Assembly (NCBI GenBank): GCA_001443455.1
Contig: LDXO01000009.1
Coordinates: forward strand, 16,444 to 80,443
From: Deltaproteobacteria bacterium CSP1-8
GTDB taxonomy: Bacteria > Desulfobacterota > Deferrimicrobia > Deferrimicrobiales > Deferrimicrobiaceae
Length of the DNA stretch: 64,000 nt
Reading direction: 5' to 3'
Made by a program: the position numbers and the translations under genes. Positions 10,525 to 22,127 of this stretch are shown in pieces (within the stretch, counting starts at the first letter, position 1; each line of letters begins with the position of its first letter). The notes under the pieces were generated by a model. The model searched no databases. It was not told the origin of the DNA and saw only the letters and a list, made by a program, of their open reading frames with translations.

Positions 10525-11112
10525 TCACCTCGGGCTGGCGGTACCGAGATTCAACATCCGGAGATCATACGAATTGGTATAGGAGGAGTCCGGGTTGTCC
10601 CAGGCGGCCGGTTCGCTTTTTTCCCCGGTTTTCACCATGATCTGGTCGCAGCTTACGTCTACCGTGCCCAGATTCCGGAACTGGTTCCAGCAATCCGGGT
10701 CCGTTGCGGTGTCCCGGACGACCACGAACATGGTGTACCCTTCCGACTCCGTGGCCTTGTACTGGGGTCTCATCCGATACTCTTTCTTGCACGCCTTCAT
10801 CGCCTCGTACAAGGTCCCCCCCCGGAACTTCGGGTACGCGAAGAAGTAGTCTCTCCCCTTCATGTCCACCTTCCCGTTGATGACGATCACCGAATCGTTC
10901 GGCGAAACCGTGGCCAGAATGGCGTTCGCCGTCAGATTCGGCGCGACGATCGTCGGTTCGATCCCCGCAGAGGGAGGTCTGTCTGCGGGCGACTTGATGT
11001 AGGAAGGGAGTCCGGCGGACCCCCGGGCGTCCTGGGCCGACGTAAAATTCGGCGTGGACAAGAGGAAAATAACGGAGACCCATGTCATTACCGTACTGCC
11101 TGCTCGGTTCAT
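10525..11112 (-). CDS. Hypothetical secreted protein
   Basis: GGAGG RBS and a signal-peptide-like N-terminus. Directly downstream of the PAN-domain gene on the same strand. Confidence 0.65.
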   Translation of the reverse strand: MNRAGSTVMTWVSVIFLLSTPNFTSAQDARGSAGLPSYIKSPADRPPSAGIEPTIVAPNLTANAILATVSPNDSVIVINGKVDMKGRDYFFAYPKFRGGTLYEAMKACKKEYRMRPQYKATESEGYTMFVVVRDTATDPDCWNQFRNLGTVDVSCDQIMVKTGEKSEPAAWDNPDSSYTNSYDLRMLNLGTASPR

Positions 11113-11126
11113 ACATCCTCCCTGCA

Positions 11127-11978
11127 TTATCGTTGCGGCGGAACCGCTGTGATATCGACCCCGGTGATCTTCCTGGTTGCCGACCCGGTCACCGGATCCC
11201 TCGGAACGGGCTTCGTCCCGGATGGCGGGGCCGCCGTGTAGTGGACTCCCCCGATGTCCCTCCTGCCCCTTCCCGTTCCGGGCGCTTCCGCGGCCGCTGC
11301 CGCGGGAACAGGCCGCGAAACTGCCCGCACGGTTGTCGAGGGCGGCGCGGACGCGAAGTCCAATCCCTTCACCTCTTTCCTGCCTGTCCCGGCGTCCGCG
11401 GCAGGGAAAGGGATGCCGGGAAGACCGATCCGTGCCACTTCGGCAGCCTTGGGAGGCGCGGCGGTGAAGTTCATCCCCGCGACGTCCCGCTTCCCCGAAC
11501 CGGTCACGGGGATTATTTCTATTGGAATTTCGGGTTTGCCCCCCGGAGTTCCCGGGGTGAGCGTCTGCTCCGTCGGTCCGGCTGGCAGTCCCGCCGTCTC
11601 ACCCGCCGGGGGGGCGGGCTCCCCCGTAATGCGGGAAACAACCTCGCCCGTCTTCACCCCGGAGATGCAACATGGATCCTCGACACGCGGGGGAACGCCG
11701 TCCTTCAACCAGCAACCTTCCAGCCGCCCCGCCACTCCCTCCCTGACATAGGTGTAAGATTTGCACAGGGGATTCTGGGAGCACGCCTCCTGGCACGCCC
11801 CGGGTCCCCCCCGTAGCCACAAGATTTTGAAATCCGAGCCGGGTCGATCGACGCCTGGTTCCACCCAAGCCTGCTGTCGGCCCCCCCCTTCCCCTGCATA
11901 GGCAACCGTTGTGACGATAAGACAAAGCACGAGGATCGCGGGAGAAAGGAAGAAATATGGAATTTTGGGTGTTCCCAT
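11127..11978 (-). CDS. Secreted PAN/apple-domain protein with a Pro/Gly-rich repeat tail
   Basis: Signal peptide, then VDRPGSDF...CQEACSQNPLCKSYTYV...CWLK...CCISGVK (PAN_4 pattern), then four copies of a ~18-aa motif. Confidence 0.8.
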   Translation of the reverse strand: MGTPKIPYFFLSPAILVLCLIVTTVAYAGEGGGRQQAWVEPGVDRPGSDFKILWLRGGPGACQEACSQNPLCKSYTYVREGVAGRLEGCWLKDGVPPRVEDPCCISGVKTGEVVSRITGEPAPPAGETAGLPAGPTEQTLTPGTPGGKPEIPIEIIPVTGSGKRDVAGMNFTAAPPKAAEVARIGLPGIPFPAADAGTGRKEVKGLDFASAPPSTTVRAVSRPVPAAAAAEAPGTGRGRRDIGGVHYTAAPPSGTKPVPRDPVTGSATRKITGVDITAVPPQR

Positions 11979-12214
11979 TGCGGATATCCCCTTTTAGCGC
12001 ATCCCCTGTCCTGCGTCAACGGCAGTCCGTCGCGAATCCAGCCGGGCGGGTGTTCGATGGGCGCCCTCCTTGCGAACACTTCTTCCGGCGAATACACTAT
12101 AAATAAGCGTACAGGAATCGTGCCGTTTCGTGCCCTCGGGAACTTTTTTGTCCAAGGAGGCAGCGATTCGCCGTGTGGTGGCGTTGGTTCCCCTGGAAGC
12201 AACTGGTAAGCCGC

Positions 12215-12760
12215 GCGGCAAGGGCCCGGGGCGTCATGGACCACCCCGAGCTCGCGTCGGCCTATCAAGGGATGGACGTTTTCGCCTTCGCCTCCCGTAC
12301 GGAAACACAAGGGATGGTAGTGACGGAGGCAATGGCGGCGGGGACGCCGGTGGTGGCGGTGGATGCCTCCGGAGTGCGCGAAGTGGTCCGGGACGGAGAG
12401 AACGGCCGCCTGTTGCCCCGGGAGGACTTGGAAGGATTCGTTTCCGCCCTTGCCTGGGTCGCCGGGCTTTCCCCGGAAGAACGGCGGCGTCTCGGAGAAG
12501 GAATCGGAAGGGCGGCCGAGTAATTCTCGATGCCCCGCACCGCCGCGAAGACCCTTGTCCTCTACGAGTCCCTGATCCGGGGCAAACCGGCCCGGAAGAC
12601 GATCGAGCCGAGCCACTGGACGACGGCCAGGAAGCTCCTCGAGGAGGAGTGGAAGATCGTGCGAAACATCGCGCACGCAGCCGGGACCGCCGTACTGTCG
12701 ATGCCTAAGACGGAGGAAACGCAAGAGAACGGGCGCCCGCTCACTTCTTCCGGTCCCTGA
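12215..12760 (+). pseudogene. GT4 glycosyltransferase C-terminal remnant with an in-frame stop
   Basis: DVFAFASRTETQGMVVTEAMAAGTPVVA motif. The N-terminal domain is missing. TAA at 12521-12523 interrupts the frame, which continues FSMPRTAAKTLVLYE. Confidence 0.8.
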
Positions 12761-12793
12761 GGAGATCCGGTCCCGCGCCGGGCCCCCGGTCGC

Positions 12794-14089
12794 TCAGGAA
12801 TACCAGTCTGCCCGGGTCAGCGGCATCCCGCTTCGCCCCCCCTCGGACTTGACCAGGAGCGCCTGATAGACATTGTTGCGTCCTATCCGGAACCAATAGG
12901 CCGCCCCGGACAGGTAAAGTCTCCATATGCGGCAGGTCACCTCGTCGGCAGCCTGACGCGCCTTCCCGTAACTGGCCTCCAGGCGTCGAAACCAGTGCCT
13001 GAGCGTGAGGACATAATGCTCGCGCAGGCTCTCCACGTCGCGCACTTCGAAACCGCACTTCTCGGCGACGCGCAACGTCGTGCTGATGGGAACGAGGTCG
13101 CCGTCCGGGAAGACGTACCGGTCGACGAAGGAAGGACCGCGCCGTGGGGTATCGCTCGCGCGGGAAGCGATTCCGTGGTTCAGAAACACGCCCCCGGGGC
13201 GAAGCAGGCGCCACGTCCGGCCGAAATATTCCTCCAGGCGGCTTTCTCCGACATGTTCGAACATCCCGATGCTGGCGATTTTGTCGTAGCCGGACGGATC
13301 TTCGACCTCCCGGTAATCGAGAACCTCCACGCGGCACCGGTTTTCGAGCCCCTCCTCGCGGATGCGCTGCCCGGCCAGTTCCGCCTGCGGCCGGCTGAGC
13401 GTAATGCCGACGGCCTCCACGTCGCGGGTTTTCGCGGCGTAGGTGACCAGCCCCCCCCATCCGCATCCGATGTCGAGCAGCCGCTCGCCGCGGTGAAGAC
13501 GCAGTTTCCGGCAGATGTACTCCAGCTTCCGCTCCTGCGCGGTATCCAGGTCTTCCCGCGGATCGGAGAAATACGCCGTCGAATAGACCATCCGGCGGTC
13601 CAGCCACAGGGAGAAGAAATCATTGGATACGTCGTAGTGATATTGCACGGCATTCCTGTCACGAAAAAGGGAATGGAGAGGCCCCCTGCATTTGACCGCC
13701 TGCCTCCCGGAAGGGGGCCGATCATCGGCAGGGAACATCAGGAGCTTCGGGGCGCAGCGGACCCGCTCGGCAGTTCCGATGCCCGGTCCGGTAAAATAGT
13801 CAGCCAGCGCGAAGGAGGATTCGAAATCCCCTTCGATGTCGAAGTCGCCGTGAATATAGGCATTCCCGAGAGAAAGATCCGTAGGATGCAGAAACATTCT
13901 TCGGAGCGCGCCGGGGCGATGGATGACGAGGGTGAACAGGGCCGTCTGCCCCTCCTCGGGCCCCCAGATGGTCCCGTCCCACAACCGGACGGCAAAGTTG
14001 CGCGGACGGTAGCCGCCGAGAAGGAGTGGAAGGATGCCAAGGCCTGTCTGGACAAATCGGTCGGCAGGATACGTAAGTGGATCCGCCAT
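12794..14089 (-). CDS. cfa: Cyclopropane-fatty-acyl-phospholipid synthase
   Basis: HYDVSNDFFSLWLD, LLDIGCGWGG, SIGMFEHVG and YVFPDG motifs. Start chosen after the GGAGG RBS. Confidence 0.92.
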   Translation of the reverse strand: MADPLTYPADRFVQTGLGILPLLLGGYRPRNFAVRLWDGTIWGPEEGQTALFTLVIHRPGALRRMFLHPTDLSLGNAYIHGDFDIEGDFESSFALADYFTGPGIGTAERVRCAPKLLMFPADDRPPSGRQAVKCRGPLHSLFRDRNAVQYHYDVSNDFFSLWLDRRMVYSTAYFSDPREDLDTAQERKLEYICRKLRLHRGERLLDIGCGWGGLVTYAAKTRDVEAVGITLSRPQAELAGQRIREEGLENRCRVEVLDYREVEDPSGYDKIASIGMFEHVGESRLEEYFGRTWRLLRPGGVFLNHGIASRASDTPRRGPSFVDRYVFPDGDLVPISTTLRVAEKCGFEVRDVESLREHYVLTLRHWFRRLEASYGKARQAADEVTCRIWRLYLSGAAYWFRIGRNNVYQALLVKSEGGRSGMPLTRADWYS

Positions 14090-14340
14090 GACCGGCTCCC
14101 CTCCGTACCGGTGGTCTGCGGCCATGCGGCACCGATTCACCGCCTCCGCCATGTTCCGGGTGACGCCGCTTCCCCCCTCCACGATGGTATCAACTGGCAT
14201 GCGTCAAGGAAAGGGGGATAGCCCCCGGGCAGGCGCCTCTCCCGGCGTCGCGGGTGCGGCCGATATCTTTGCGACAGGACCGGGAGAAAAAGATTGTTTG
14301 TGGGAGGAGGATGCGGTCGGGACAGTCGGTGCGGAAAACG

Positions 14341-14586
14341 TCAGATCTGCTTCTTTTTCAGTACCGGGATCCAATCCCCGTCGCGCCGGATGAACACTTC
14401 GAGCTCGGTGATCTTCAGGGCGTCCGTGCCGTGGTGCCTGGCCAACGAGCGAAGTTTCTCCTTGGAGACCCACGAATGGGCGCGAGAGGACGCCGACATC
14501 GTAATTTTCGCCATTCCGTTGGCAAAGAACACGATAACAAGCCACAGGGTAACCGCTGCCAGAAGGTTGCAAGCGATCTTTTTCAT
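14341..14586 (-). CDS. Small hypothetical exported or membrane protein
   Basis: MKKIACNLLAAVTLWLVIVFFA hydrophobic N-terminus with a GAGGGG RBS. Confidence 0.55.
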   Translation of the reverse strand: MKKIACNLLAAVTLWLVIVFFANGMAKITMSASSRAHSWVSKEKLRSLARHHGTDALKITELEVFIRRDGDWIPVLKKKQI

Positions 14587-15260
14587 CTTCCCCTCTTCCT
14601 TGGGATGCGGCGAAAAACCTCGTTCCCCGCGGAACGAGAGAATCCCGTCTGTTGTTTTGGGATTTGTCTTGCCTGTGCGTGGATTCACGAACATCCTACC
14701 GGGGAGCCGGCCGGACGTCAACCTTTGACACCTTTTCTCCCCCTTTTCTCCTCCGTTCTCCGGGTACCGATTCAGGTCTTCCCGGTATGCTTTTTCCTCC
14801 TCCGTTTCCCGCACGGCATCACGAAGAACCGCCTGGCACCCGTCTCTTATCTCATTATTGGATTCCCTCCATCCCGCAAAGGCTTTCTCCCGGCCGAGGA
14901 TATTTCCCCGTAGAGAGCTCTTTCCACCGTCCCTGCGATCGGGCGGTTTTTATCAGGCATCGAGGACGATTCGTTCGGGCCCCTCGTCGAAAGGAACGGA
15001 TCACTCTCTGGTCGGGGGCGACGCGTGGACAAGATTGACATCGCCCTCGCATTCGGCCTATGCTCTGTCGGTATACAATGTACAGAAAGGTAAAAATTTC
15101 TCCCCTCGCGGCCGGCCATCGACGGGAAAACCCTGTTTTCCGAGGAGCGGAATATGCAGACGATCTGGGAGGGGCGGGGGCCCCCTGTTCTCCCCGGAGA
15201 CGCATGCCCCAATCATCGTAACCGCGGGGAGAAGGCAAATCACGAAAAAGGGATGGTGCC

Positions 15261-15926
15261 ATGGAAATACTCACCAATACCGTAGGCAGAAAGGTTTTGA
15301 TGGCCGTCACCGGCCTGTTCATGCTCTTCTTCGTCATCGTCCACCTGCTGGGGAATTCCACCATTTTCGTCGGTCCGAGCGCGCTCAACACATACGCCGA
15401 GAAGCTGCACAGCCTTGGTCCGCTCGTCTGGGCGTTCCGCGCGTTCATGCTGGCGATGCTCGGGGTACACGTCCTCTTCGGCGTGCTGCTGACGCTCGAG
15501 AACTGGGCGGCGAACCCGGGCAAGTACGCCGTCAACAGGAAGCTCAAGGCCAACTTTTCGAGCGAGACGATGATCTGGACGGGAGCCCTCCTGTTCGCGT
15601 TCCTCGTCTATCACCTCCTGCAGTTCACCCTCCGCGTCACGCCCGATATCATTCCCGAGGCGGTCGCCAAGCGACCGGGAGACGTCTACGCGATGGTGGT
15701 CGGCAGCTTCCGGCACACGGCCATTTCCCTGATCTACGTGGGAGCCATGGTGGTCCTGTTCCTTCACCTGAAGCACGGCATCCAGAGCTTTTTCCAGTCC
15801 CTCGGGTGGAGCAACGACCGGACCCTGCCCCGGTTCGAAACGATCGGCAACGTGCTCTCGGCGCTTTTCCTCCTGGGATACAGCGCCATTCCCATTCTCA
15901 TACTCGTTGGTTTTTTGACCAGATAG
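15261..15926 (+). CDS. sdhC: Succinate dehydrogenase/fumarate reductase cytochrome b subunit
   Basis: [10 protein letters not shown]...HLLGN, haem-ligand His residues (HV, YHLLQF, LHLKHG) and five TM helices. Confidence 0.92.
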   Translation: MEILTNTVGRKVLMAVTGLFMLFFVIVHLLGNSTIFVGPSALNTYAEKLHSLGPLVWAFRAFMLAMLGVHVLFGVLLTLENWAANPGKYAVNRKLKANFSSETMIWTGALLFAFLVYHLLQFTLRVTPDIIPEAVAKRPGDVYAMVVGSFRHTAISLIYVGAMVVLFLHLKHGIQSFFQSLGWSNDRTLPRFETIGNVLSALFLLGYSAIPILILVGFLTR

Positions 15927-15936
15927 GGGGATCTGC

Positions 15937-17849
15937 GTGAACCTTAACGGAAAATGTCCGACAGGACCGATCGAAAAGACATGGGACAAGCACCGCTTCG
16001 ACATGAAACTGGTGAACCCGGCCAACAAGCGCAAGTACAAGATCCTGGTGGTCGGAACCGGCCTGGCAGGCGCCTCCGCCGCGGCGTCGCTGGCCGAGCT
16101 GGGGTACAACGTGGAGGCCTTCTGCTACCAGGACAGCCCCCGCCGCGCCCATAGCATCGCGGCGCAGGGGGGAATCAACGCCTCCAAGAACTATCCCAAT
16201 GACGGCGACAGCATCTACCGCCTCTTCTACGACACCGTCAAGGGGGGCGACTTCCGCGCGCGCGAGGCGGACGTGTGGCGCCTCGCCCAGGTGAGCAGCC
16301 ATATCATCGACCAGTGCGTCGCCCAGGGCGTGCCCTTCGCACGCGACTACGCCGGTTACCTGGACAACCGCTCCTTCGGCGGCGCCCAGGTCTCCCGGAC
16401 CTTCTACGCCCGGGGGCAGACGGGGCAGCAGCTCCTGCTGGGCGCCTACTCGGCCCTCTCCCGGCAGATCAAGGCGGGGATGGTGAAGATGTTCCCCCGG
16501 ACCGAGATGCTCGACCTGGTGCTGGTGGACGGCGAGGCGAAGGGGATCACGGTCCGCGATCTGATCAGCGGCGAGATCCGGTGCCACGTCGGAGACGCGG
16601 TGCTGCTGTGCACGGGCGGCTACGTGAACGTCTTCTACCTCTCCACGATGGCGATGGGAGCCAGCGTCACCGCCATCTGGAAAGCCTATAAAAAAGGCGC
16701 TTTCTTCGCCAACCCGTGTTACACCCAGATTCACCCTACCTGCATCCCCCAGTCGGGCGACTACCAGTCGAAGCTGACGCTGATGTCCGAGTCGCTCCGG
16801 AACGACGGACGCTGCTGGGTTCCCAAGAATCGCGGGGACAACCGTTCTCCCAATGACATCCCCGAGGAGGACCGGGATTACTACCTGGAGCGGAAGTACC
16901 CGAGCTTCGGGAACCTCGCGCCCCGGGACATCGCCTCCCGGGCGGCGAAGGAACAGTGCGACGACGGCCGCGGCGTCGGCCCCGGCGGTCGCGGGGTCTA
17001 CCTCGATTTCCGGGACTCCATCGCGCGACTCGGCGAGGAGACGATCCGGGAGCGGTACGGCAACCTGTTCGAGATGTACGAGCGGATCACCGACGAGAAC
17101 GGGTACAAGGTGCCGATGCGGATCTACCCGGCCCCCCACTACGCCATGGGCGGGCTGTGGGTCGACTACAACCTGATGAGCAACATCCCCGGCCTCTTCG
17201 TCCTGGGCGAGGCCAACTTCTCCGTTCACGGAGCGAACCGGCTCGGCGCGAGCGCCCTCATGCAGGGCCTGGCCGACGGGTACTTCGTCATCCCCTACAC
17301 GGTCGCCCATTACCTGGCACAGACCAAACCGGGGAAGGCGAAGGAAGACCACGCCGAATGCCGGAAGTCGATCGAGGATGTCAAGGGCTCGATGAAGAAA
17401 CTTCTCTCCATCAACGGCCGCCGGACGGTCACGGAGCTGATGCGGGAGCTCGGCACCCTCATGTGGAACAACGTCGGGATGGCCCGCAGCAAGGAGGGCC
17501 TCACCGAGGTCATCATGAAGATCCCGGGGATCCGGGAGGAGTTCTGGCAGAACCTGAGGGTGACCGGCAATGGCGCGCAGATCAACCAGCAGCTGGAGAA
17601 CGCCGGCCGCACGGCGGATTTCCTGGAGTTCGCCGAACTGCTCTGCCGCGACGCCCTTCACCGCAACGAGTCGTGCGGTGGCCACTTCCGCGTGGAATAC
17701 CAGTACGAGGACGGAGAGGCGAAGCGCGACGATAAAAACTACTGCTATTCGGCCGCATGGGAGTTCAAGGGGGTCGACAGCGAGCCCGAACTCCACAAGG
17801 AGCCGCTGGAATTCAAAGAAGTCCATCTCGCGGTAAGGAGTTACAAATA

Positions 17850-17850
<1 letters not shown>
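15937..17850 (+). CDS. sdhA: Succinate dehydrogenase/fumarate reductase flavoprotein subunit
   Basis: [20 protein letters not shown] (covalent FAD His), HYAMGG and [11 protein letters not shown] motifs. Confidence 0.96.
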
Positions 17851-18617
<767 letters not shown>

Positions 18618-18639
18618 CCGTTCCGTCGGGAAACGGTCG

Positions 18640-18670
18640 AAGGGGGGGGACGGGCGTCCCTCCCCTTTTC
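18640..18670 (+). terminator. Rho-independent terminator after sdhB
   Basis: G-rich/C-rich stem (AAGGGGGGGGAC...GTCCCTCCCCTT) followed by T residues. Confidence 0.6.
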
Positions 18671-18701
18671 CGTTGCCGGGCAGATATTCCCGGATGGTCG
18701 G

Positions 18702-19376
18702 TCACCGGAGTGCCGACAACCTGGAAAACAGTTCCTTCTCGAGGATCGTATACGCCTTCCTATTCAGATGGGGATCAAAAGCATTCCTTGCCAGATTTTG
18801 CTTCAATATCCCGTTTTCATTGGAAAGAATGCCGAAGAAATCGAAAACCGATGTGTCCGTGTTCCCGTCCGCATACTTCCCGACCCACTCATTGTATTCC
18901 TTCCTGAGCCGCTGGGCATATTCCCCGGCTCTAAGAACCGGCAGCGCGTTGCCCAGGATCAGGTTCGCCTTCTCCCCCCGCGCGAAGGCATGAACATGCC
19001 CGACCAGCGATCTCATCCCTTCGAACAACTCCTTCTTCGTCTTCTCGTCCTTGAGTCTCTTGTCCCGGAAATCGACGAAACAGAATTTGAAGAACAATGC
19101 GTCGTACCGCTTCCCCTCCACCTGCCTGCGCAGGGATGCAAGCGTCTCCCGCCCGTAGGAGGGACCTCCCTGGCCGGCATCCGGTGGGACGATCCGGATG
19201 TATTCGAAGCGGTATCCATCCTTCCCATACTCTTTGTAGGAGACAGGCCACGGGAGATAGATTGCATACCGGCTCAAGAGGTCCGGAAAGTTCCAGAATT
19301 TGAACCAGTGCCCCATGACCGAGCGGCCCGCCATGGCAACCCGGTATTCCCCGTCCTTTTCCCCCTTCTCTCTCAT
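18702..19376 (-). CDS. Hypothetical protein, possible SGNH/GDSL-like hydrolase
   Basis: GRSV near the N-terminus, FKFCFVD, and a C-terminal DPHLNRKAY (DxH). Confidence 0.55.
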   Translation of the reverse strand: MREKGEKDGEYRVAMAGRSVMGHWFKFWNFPDLLSRYAIYLPWPVSYKEYGKDGYRFEYIRIVPPDAGQGGPSYGRETLASLRRQVEGKRYDALFFKFCFVDFRDKRLKDEKTKKELFEGMRSLVGHVHAFARGEKANLILGNALPVLRAGEYAQRLRKEYNEWVGKYADGNTDTSVFDFFGILSNENGILKQNLARNAFDPHLNRKAYTILEKELFSRLSALR

Positions 19377-19416
19377 CGTGCCGTTTCCTCCTCATCCGTC
19401 ATCTGCGATGGATTCC

Positions 19417-20118
19417 CTATAACCCCCCGTTGAAGAAGGCGACGAGGCTGTCGGCGACCCTTCTCGAAAAGAGCATCCCGAAGTGCCACGCGCGCGACAG
19501 GATTACCCGGGCGCCGTCGACATGAGTCTCCGATACCCGGATCCACCCGTCGTGGGGACGCGGCAGGCCGATCAGCAGACCGACCCCCAGCGGGAGGGTC
19601 CCCGCGACCACCAGGGTTTCCCGCCCTGCGGGCACGCGGGGCCGGCCTTCCACGATTCCTTCGCCGGCGACGGGACCGATGAGACTCCGGCCAAAGCGGG
19701 TCTTGAGAAGTGCCTCGACGGCCGCGCTTCCCCCGATGGGGCAACCGATGAGCGCAAGCCGGCCCACATTCGGAGAGGGATCCGCTTCCAGCATCTTGGC
19801 GATTACGATCCCCCCCAAACTGTGCCCCACCAGGTGTACCCTGTCTCCGCCGGCTCGCTCCACTTGGTCGACAAGTCCCCTTGCCGCATCCTCCAATTGC
19901 CCTTTCCGGGAAGGGTACCGGTAATATTCGACCCGCAGGCCGGAACGCTCCAGCCGGCTCCCGAGGTACCGCAGATTCCAGTCCGTTCCCCCGAGGCCAT
20001 GCAGGAGGATGACCGTATCCGCATGGCGATGATTCGGTTGTATGCGATCCGACAAGATTCTCCTCCAAAAAGAGATTATACCCCATACGGGTTCCCGTCC
20101 CACGGACACGGGAAGCAC
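19417..20118 (-). CDS. Alpha/beta hydrolase (start uncertain)
   Basis: LLHGLG oxyanion motif, GHSLGG nucleophile elbow and HDG...WHFGML. Confidence 0.8.
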   Translation of the reverse strand: MLPVSVGREPVWGIISFWRRILSDRIQPNHRHADTVILLHGLGGTDWNLRYLGSRLERSGLRVEYYRYPSRKGQLEDAARGLVDQVERAGGDRVHLVGHSLGGIVIAKMLEADPSPNVGRLALIGCPIGGSAAVEALLKTRFGRSLIGPVAGEGIVEGRPRVPAGRETLVVAGTLPLGVGLLIGLPRPHDGWIRVSETHVDGARVILSRAWHFGMLFSRRVADSLVAFFNGGL

Positions 20119-20202
20119 GGGAAACAGCTTTTTATATTGAAAGATCGTCCATGTTTCGCCTATTCTTGCAGAACCTTCTGAACATCAATCCGGGAGTGTG
20201 AG

Positions 20203-20760
20203 ATGGCCGAGGACATTCAGGCGGCAAGGAAAATGGTGCAGGATTTCATCAAGGGACCGGACCGGTATCTCAAAGTCCCCTACGACGGACCGGAACTCAA
20301 TCCGAGGGAGTACTGGCACAAGATCGTCCTGCAAAGCCGGCTCCGGTTCCTGTGGCAGTCCCTCATCATCTTCGTGTGCACGATCCTTCCCTCGGGGGAA
20401 TTCAAGAACAGACTTCTTCGCTCCATCGGGATGAAGATCGGGAAGGACGCGTTCATCGCCCCCCTGGTATTCATGGACATCGAGTTCCCCTCCCTCCTCA
20501 CCATCGGGGACGGCGCGGTGGTCGGAACGATGACGAAGATCCTGACGCACGAAGTGACGATCCGAAGCGTCCGCCTGGGAAAAACGGAGATCGGGAAGCA
20601 GGCGCTGGTGGGAGCGGGTTCCGTAATCCGTTGCGGGGTCACCATCGGGGAAGGATCGGTTGTCGCCATGAACTCCTTCGTGAACCGGGACGTCCCTCCT
20701 TATCATGTCGTCGGGGGGAGCCCGCTCCAGGACGTCAAGAAGCTCGACAAGCTCCTCTGA
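20203..20760 (+). CDS. Hexapeptide-repeat (left-handed beta-helix) acyltransferase
   Basis: Repeats IGKDAF / IGDGAV / IGKQAL / IGEGSV and VNRDVPPYHVVGGSP. Confidence 0.85.
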   Translation: MAEDIQAARKMVQDFIKGPDRYLKVPYDGPELNPREYWHKIVLQSRLRFLWQSLIIFVCTILPSGEFKNRLLRSIGMKIGKDAFIAPLVFMDIEFPSLLTIGDGAVVGTMTKILTHEVTIRSVRLGKTEIGKQALVGAGSVIRCGVTIGEGSVVAMNSFVNRDVPPYHVVGGSPLQDVKKLDKLL

Positions 20761-20855
20761 GCCGGATACGACCATCCGCGATCCTTGTCCCCCGGTCGCG
20801 GATGGAGGCTGCGCCATCCCCCCGTTCCCCCGCCCCCTCCTTCCCGGACGCGGCC

Positions 20856-21902
20856 TTACGCCCCCCTGTGGTCATCGATGAGCGGGAAGGTGTTTCCGTA
20901 GACGATCCGCCGCACCTGTTCGAGGAACGCGAGAGGGAACCCCAGGTCGATCCGGCTTGCTTCGTCCAGCCTCCGGAGATGATCCCCGGAAAGAGAGAAC
21001 TCCAGGCACCCGAGGTTGTCCTTGAGCTGCGCGAGTTTCGTCGCGCCCAGAATCGGGATGACCACGCCGCGCGGTTGCTGCCGGACCCAAGCGACGGCGA
21101 CCTGCGACGCCGTTTTTCCGATTTCCTTGGCGACCCGCTCGATTTCTTCCGCGATGCGCAGGTTCCGTTCCGTGACGTAGATGTTCCCCCACTCCTCCTG
21201 GGATCCGTACCGGGCGTCTTTCGGGCGGGGCTTCCCGGTCTTGTACTTCCCGGTCAGCACCCCTCCCCCGAGGATCCCCCAGGGCGTGACCGCGATGTCC
21301 AACGCCTTCGCCATCGGGAGGAGCTCCCGCTCGGGCGTCCGTTCGATGAGGCTGTAGGGGATCTGCAGCCCCGCGAATGCGCTCCACCCCATAAGTCCCG
21401 CCAGAGTGTTGGCCCGGGAGACGACCCACGCGGGGGCGTCGGAGATCCCCACGTAGAGGATCTTTCCCGCCCGGACCATATCGTCGAGCGCCCGCATCGT
21501 CTCTTCCACGGGCGTCATGGAATCCCAGGCATGGACCCAGTACAGGTCGATGTAGTCCGTCCGGAGACGCTTGAGGCTCTCCTCCAACGAGTGCACCATG
21601 TTCTTCCGGTGGTTTCCGCCGGCGTTCGGGTCGTCGGGACGCATATTGAGGGTGTATTTGGTAGCGACGACGAACCGGCGCCGCTCCGAGGCGATGAACT
21701 CGCCAACGAACCTCTCGCTCGTGCCGGCGGTATAGTAGTTGGCGCTGTCGATGAAGTTCCCGCCCGCCTCAGCAAAGGCCTCGAAGATCCTGCGACTTTC
21801 CTCCTTCGACGCCCCCCAGCCCCATTCCTCGCCGAAGGTCATGGCGCCGAGGCATAGCTCCGAAACCCGCAGCCCGGACCGACCCAGAAGCTTATAGCGC
21901 AT
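20856..21902 (-). CDS. Aldo/keto reductase
   Basis: LGRSGLRVSELCLGAMTFG, FIDSANYY and SLKRLRTDYIDLYWVH motifs. Confidence 0.93.
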   Translation of the reverse strand: MRYKLLGRSGLRVSELCLGAMTFGEEWGWGASKEESRRIFEAFAEAGGNFIDSANYYTAGTSERFVGEFIASERRRFVVATKYTLNMRPDDPNAGGNHRKNMVHSLEESLKRLRTDYIDLYWVHAWDSMTPVEETMRALDDMVRAGKILYVGISDAPAWVVSRANTLAGLMGWSAFAGLQIPYSLIERTPERELLPMAKALDIAVTPWGILGGGVLTGKYKTGKPRPKDARYGSQEEWGNIYVTERNLRIAEEIERVAKEIGKTASQVAVAWVRQQPRGVVIPILGATKLAQLKDNLGCLEFSLSGDHLRRLDEASRIDLGFPLAFLEQVRRIVYGNTFPLIDDHRGA

Positions 21903-22127
21903 CGTTTTCCTCCTTTCCCTGAGCGGCGACGCATTTTCGCTCTTTCGATTGACGGGGGAAAAGAAAGTTTCCCCCGGCTCCCATCGCGCGGAAGAAATTT
22001 CCCTCCCGGAAGAAAATCCGGTCTGCCTGCAATCACGTTTTCCCGGCGGGAAGTCGCGGAGGCGGCTGGTATCGCCCGGGGCGGGATCCGGAAAGAAGGA
22101 CCCGGATGCGGAACGGGAAATCGACCG

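Noticed and set aside
12521-12523. Recoded stop in the glycosyltransferase
   Set aside because: The codon is TAA, not TGA/TAG, and the gene also lacks its 5' half, so a pseudogene is the simpler explanation.
14650-14700. c-di-GMP-I riboswitch-like start on the minus strand (CACGCACAGGCAA)
   Set aside because: The GNRA-capped P2 stem and the following GACGCAAAGC-type segment are absent. The GGCAAACC hits at about 1311 and 8296 fail in the same way.
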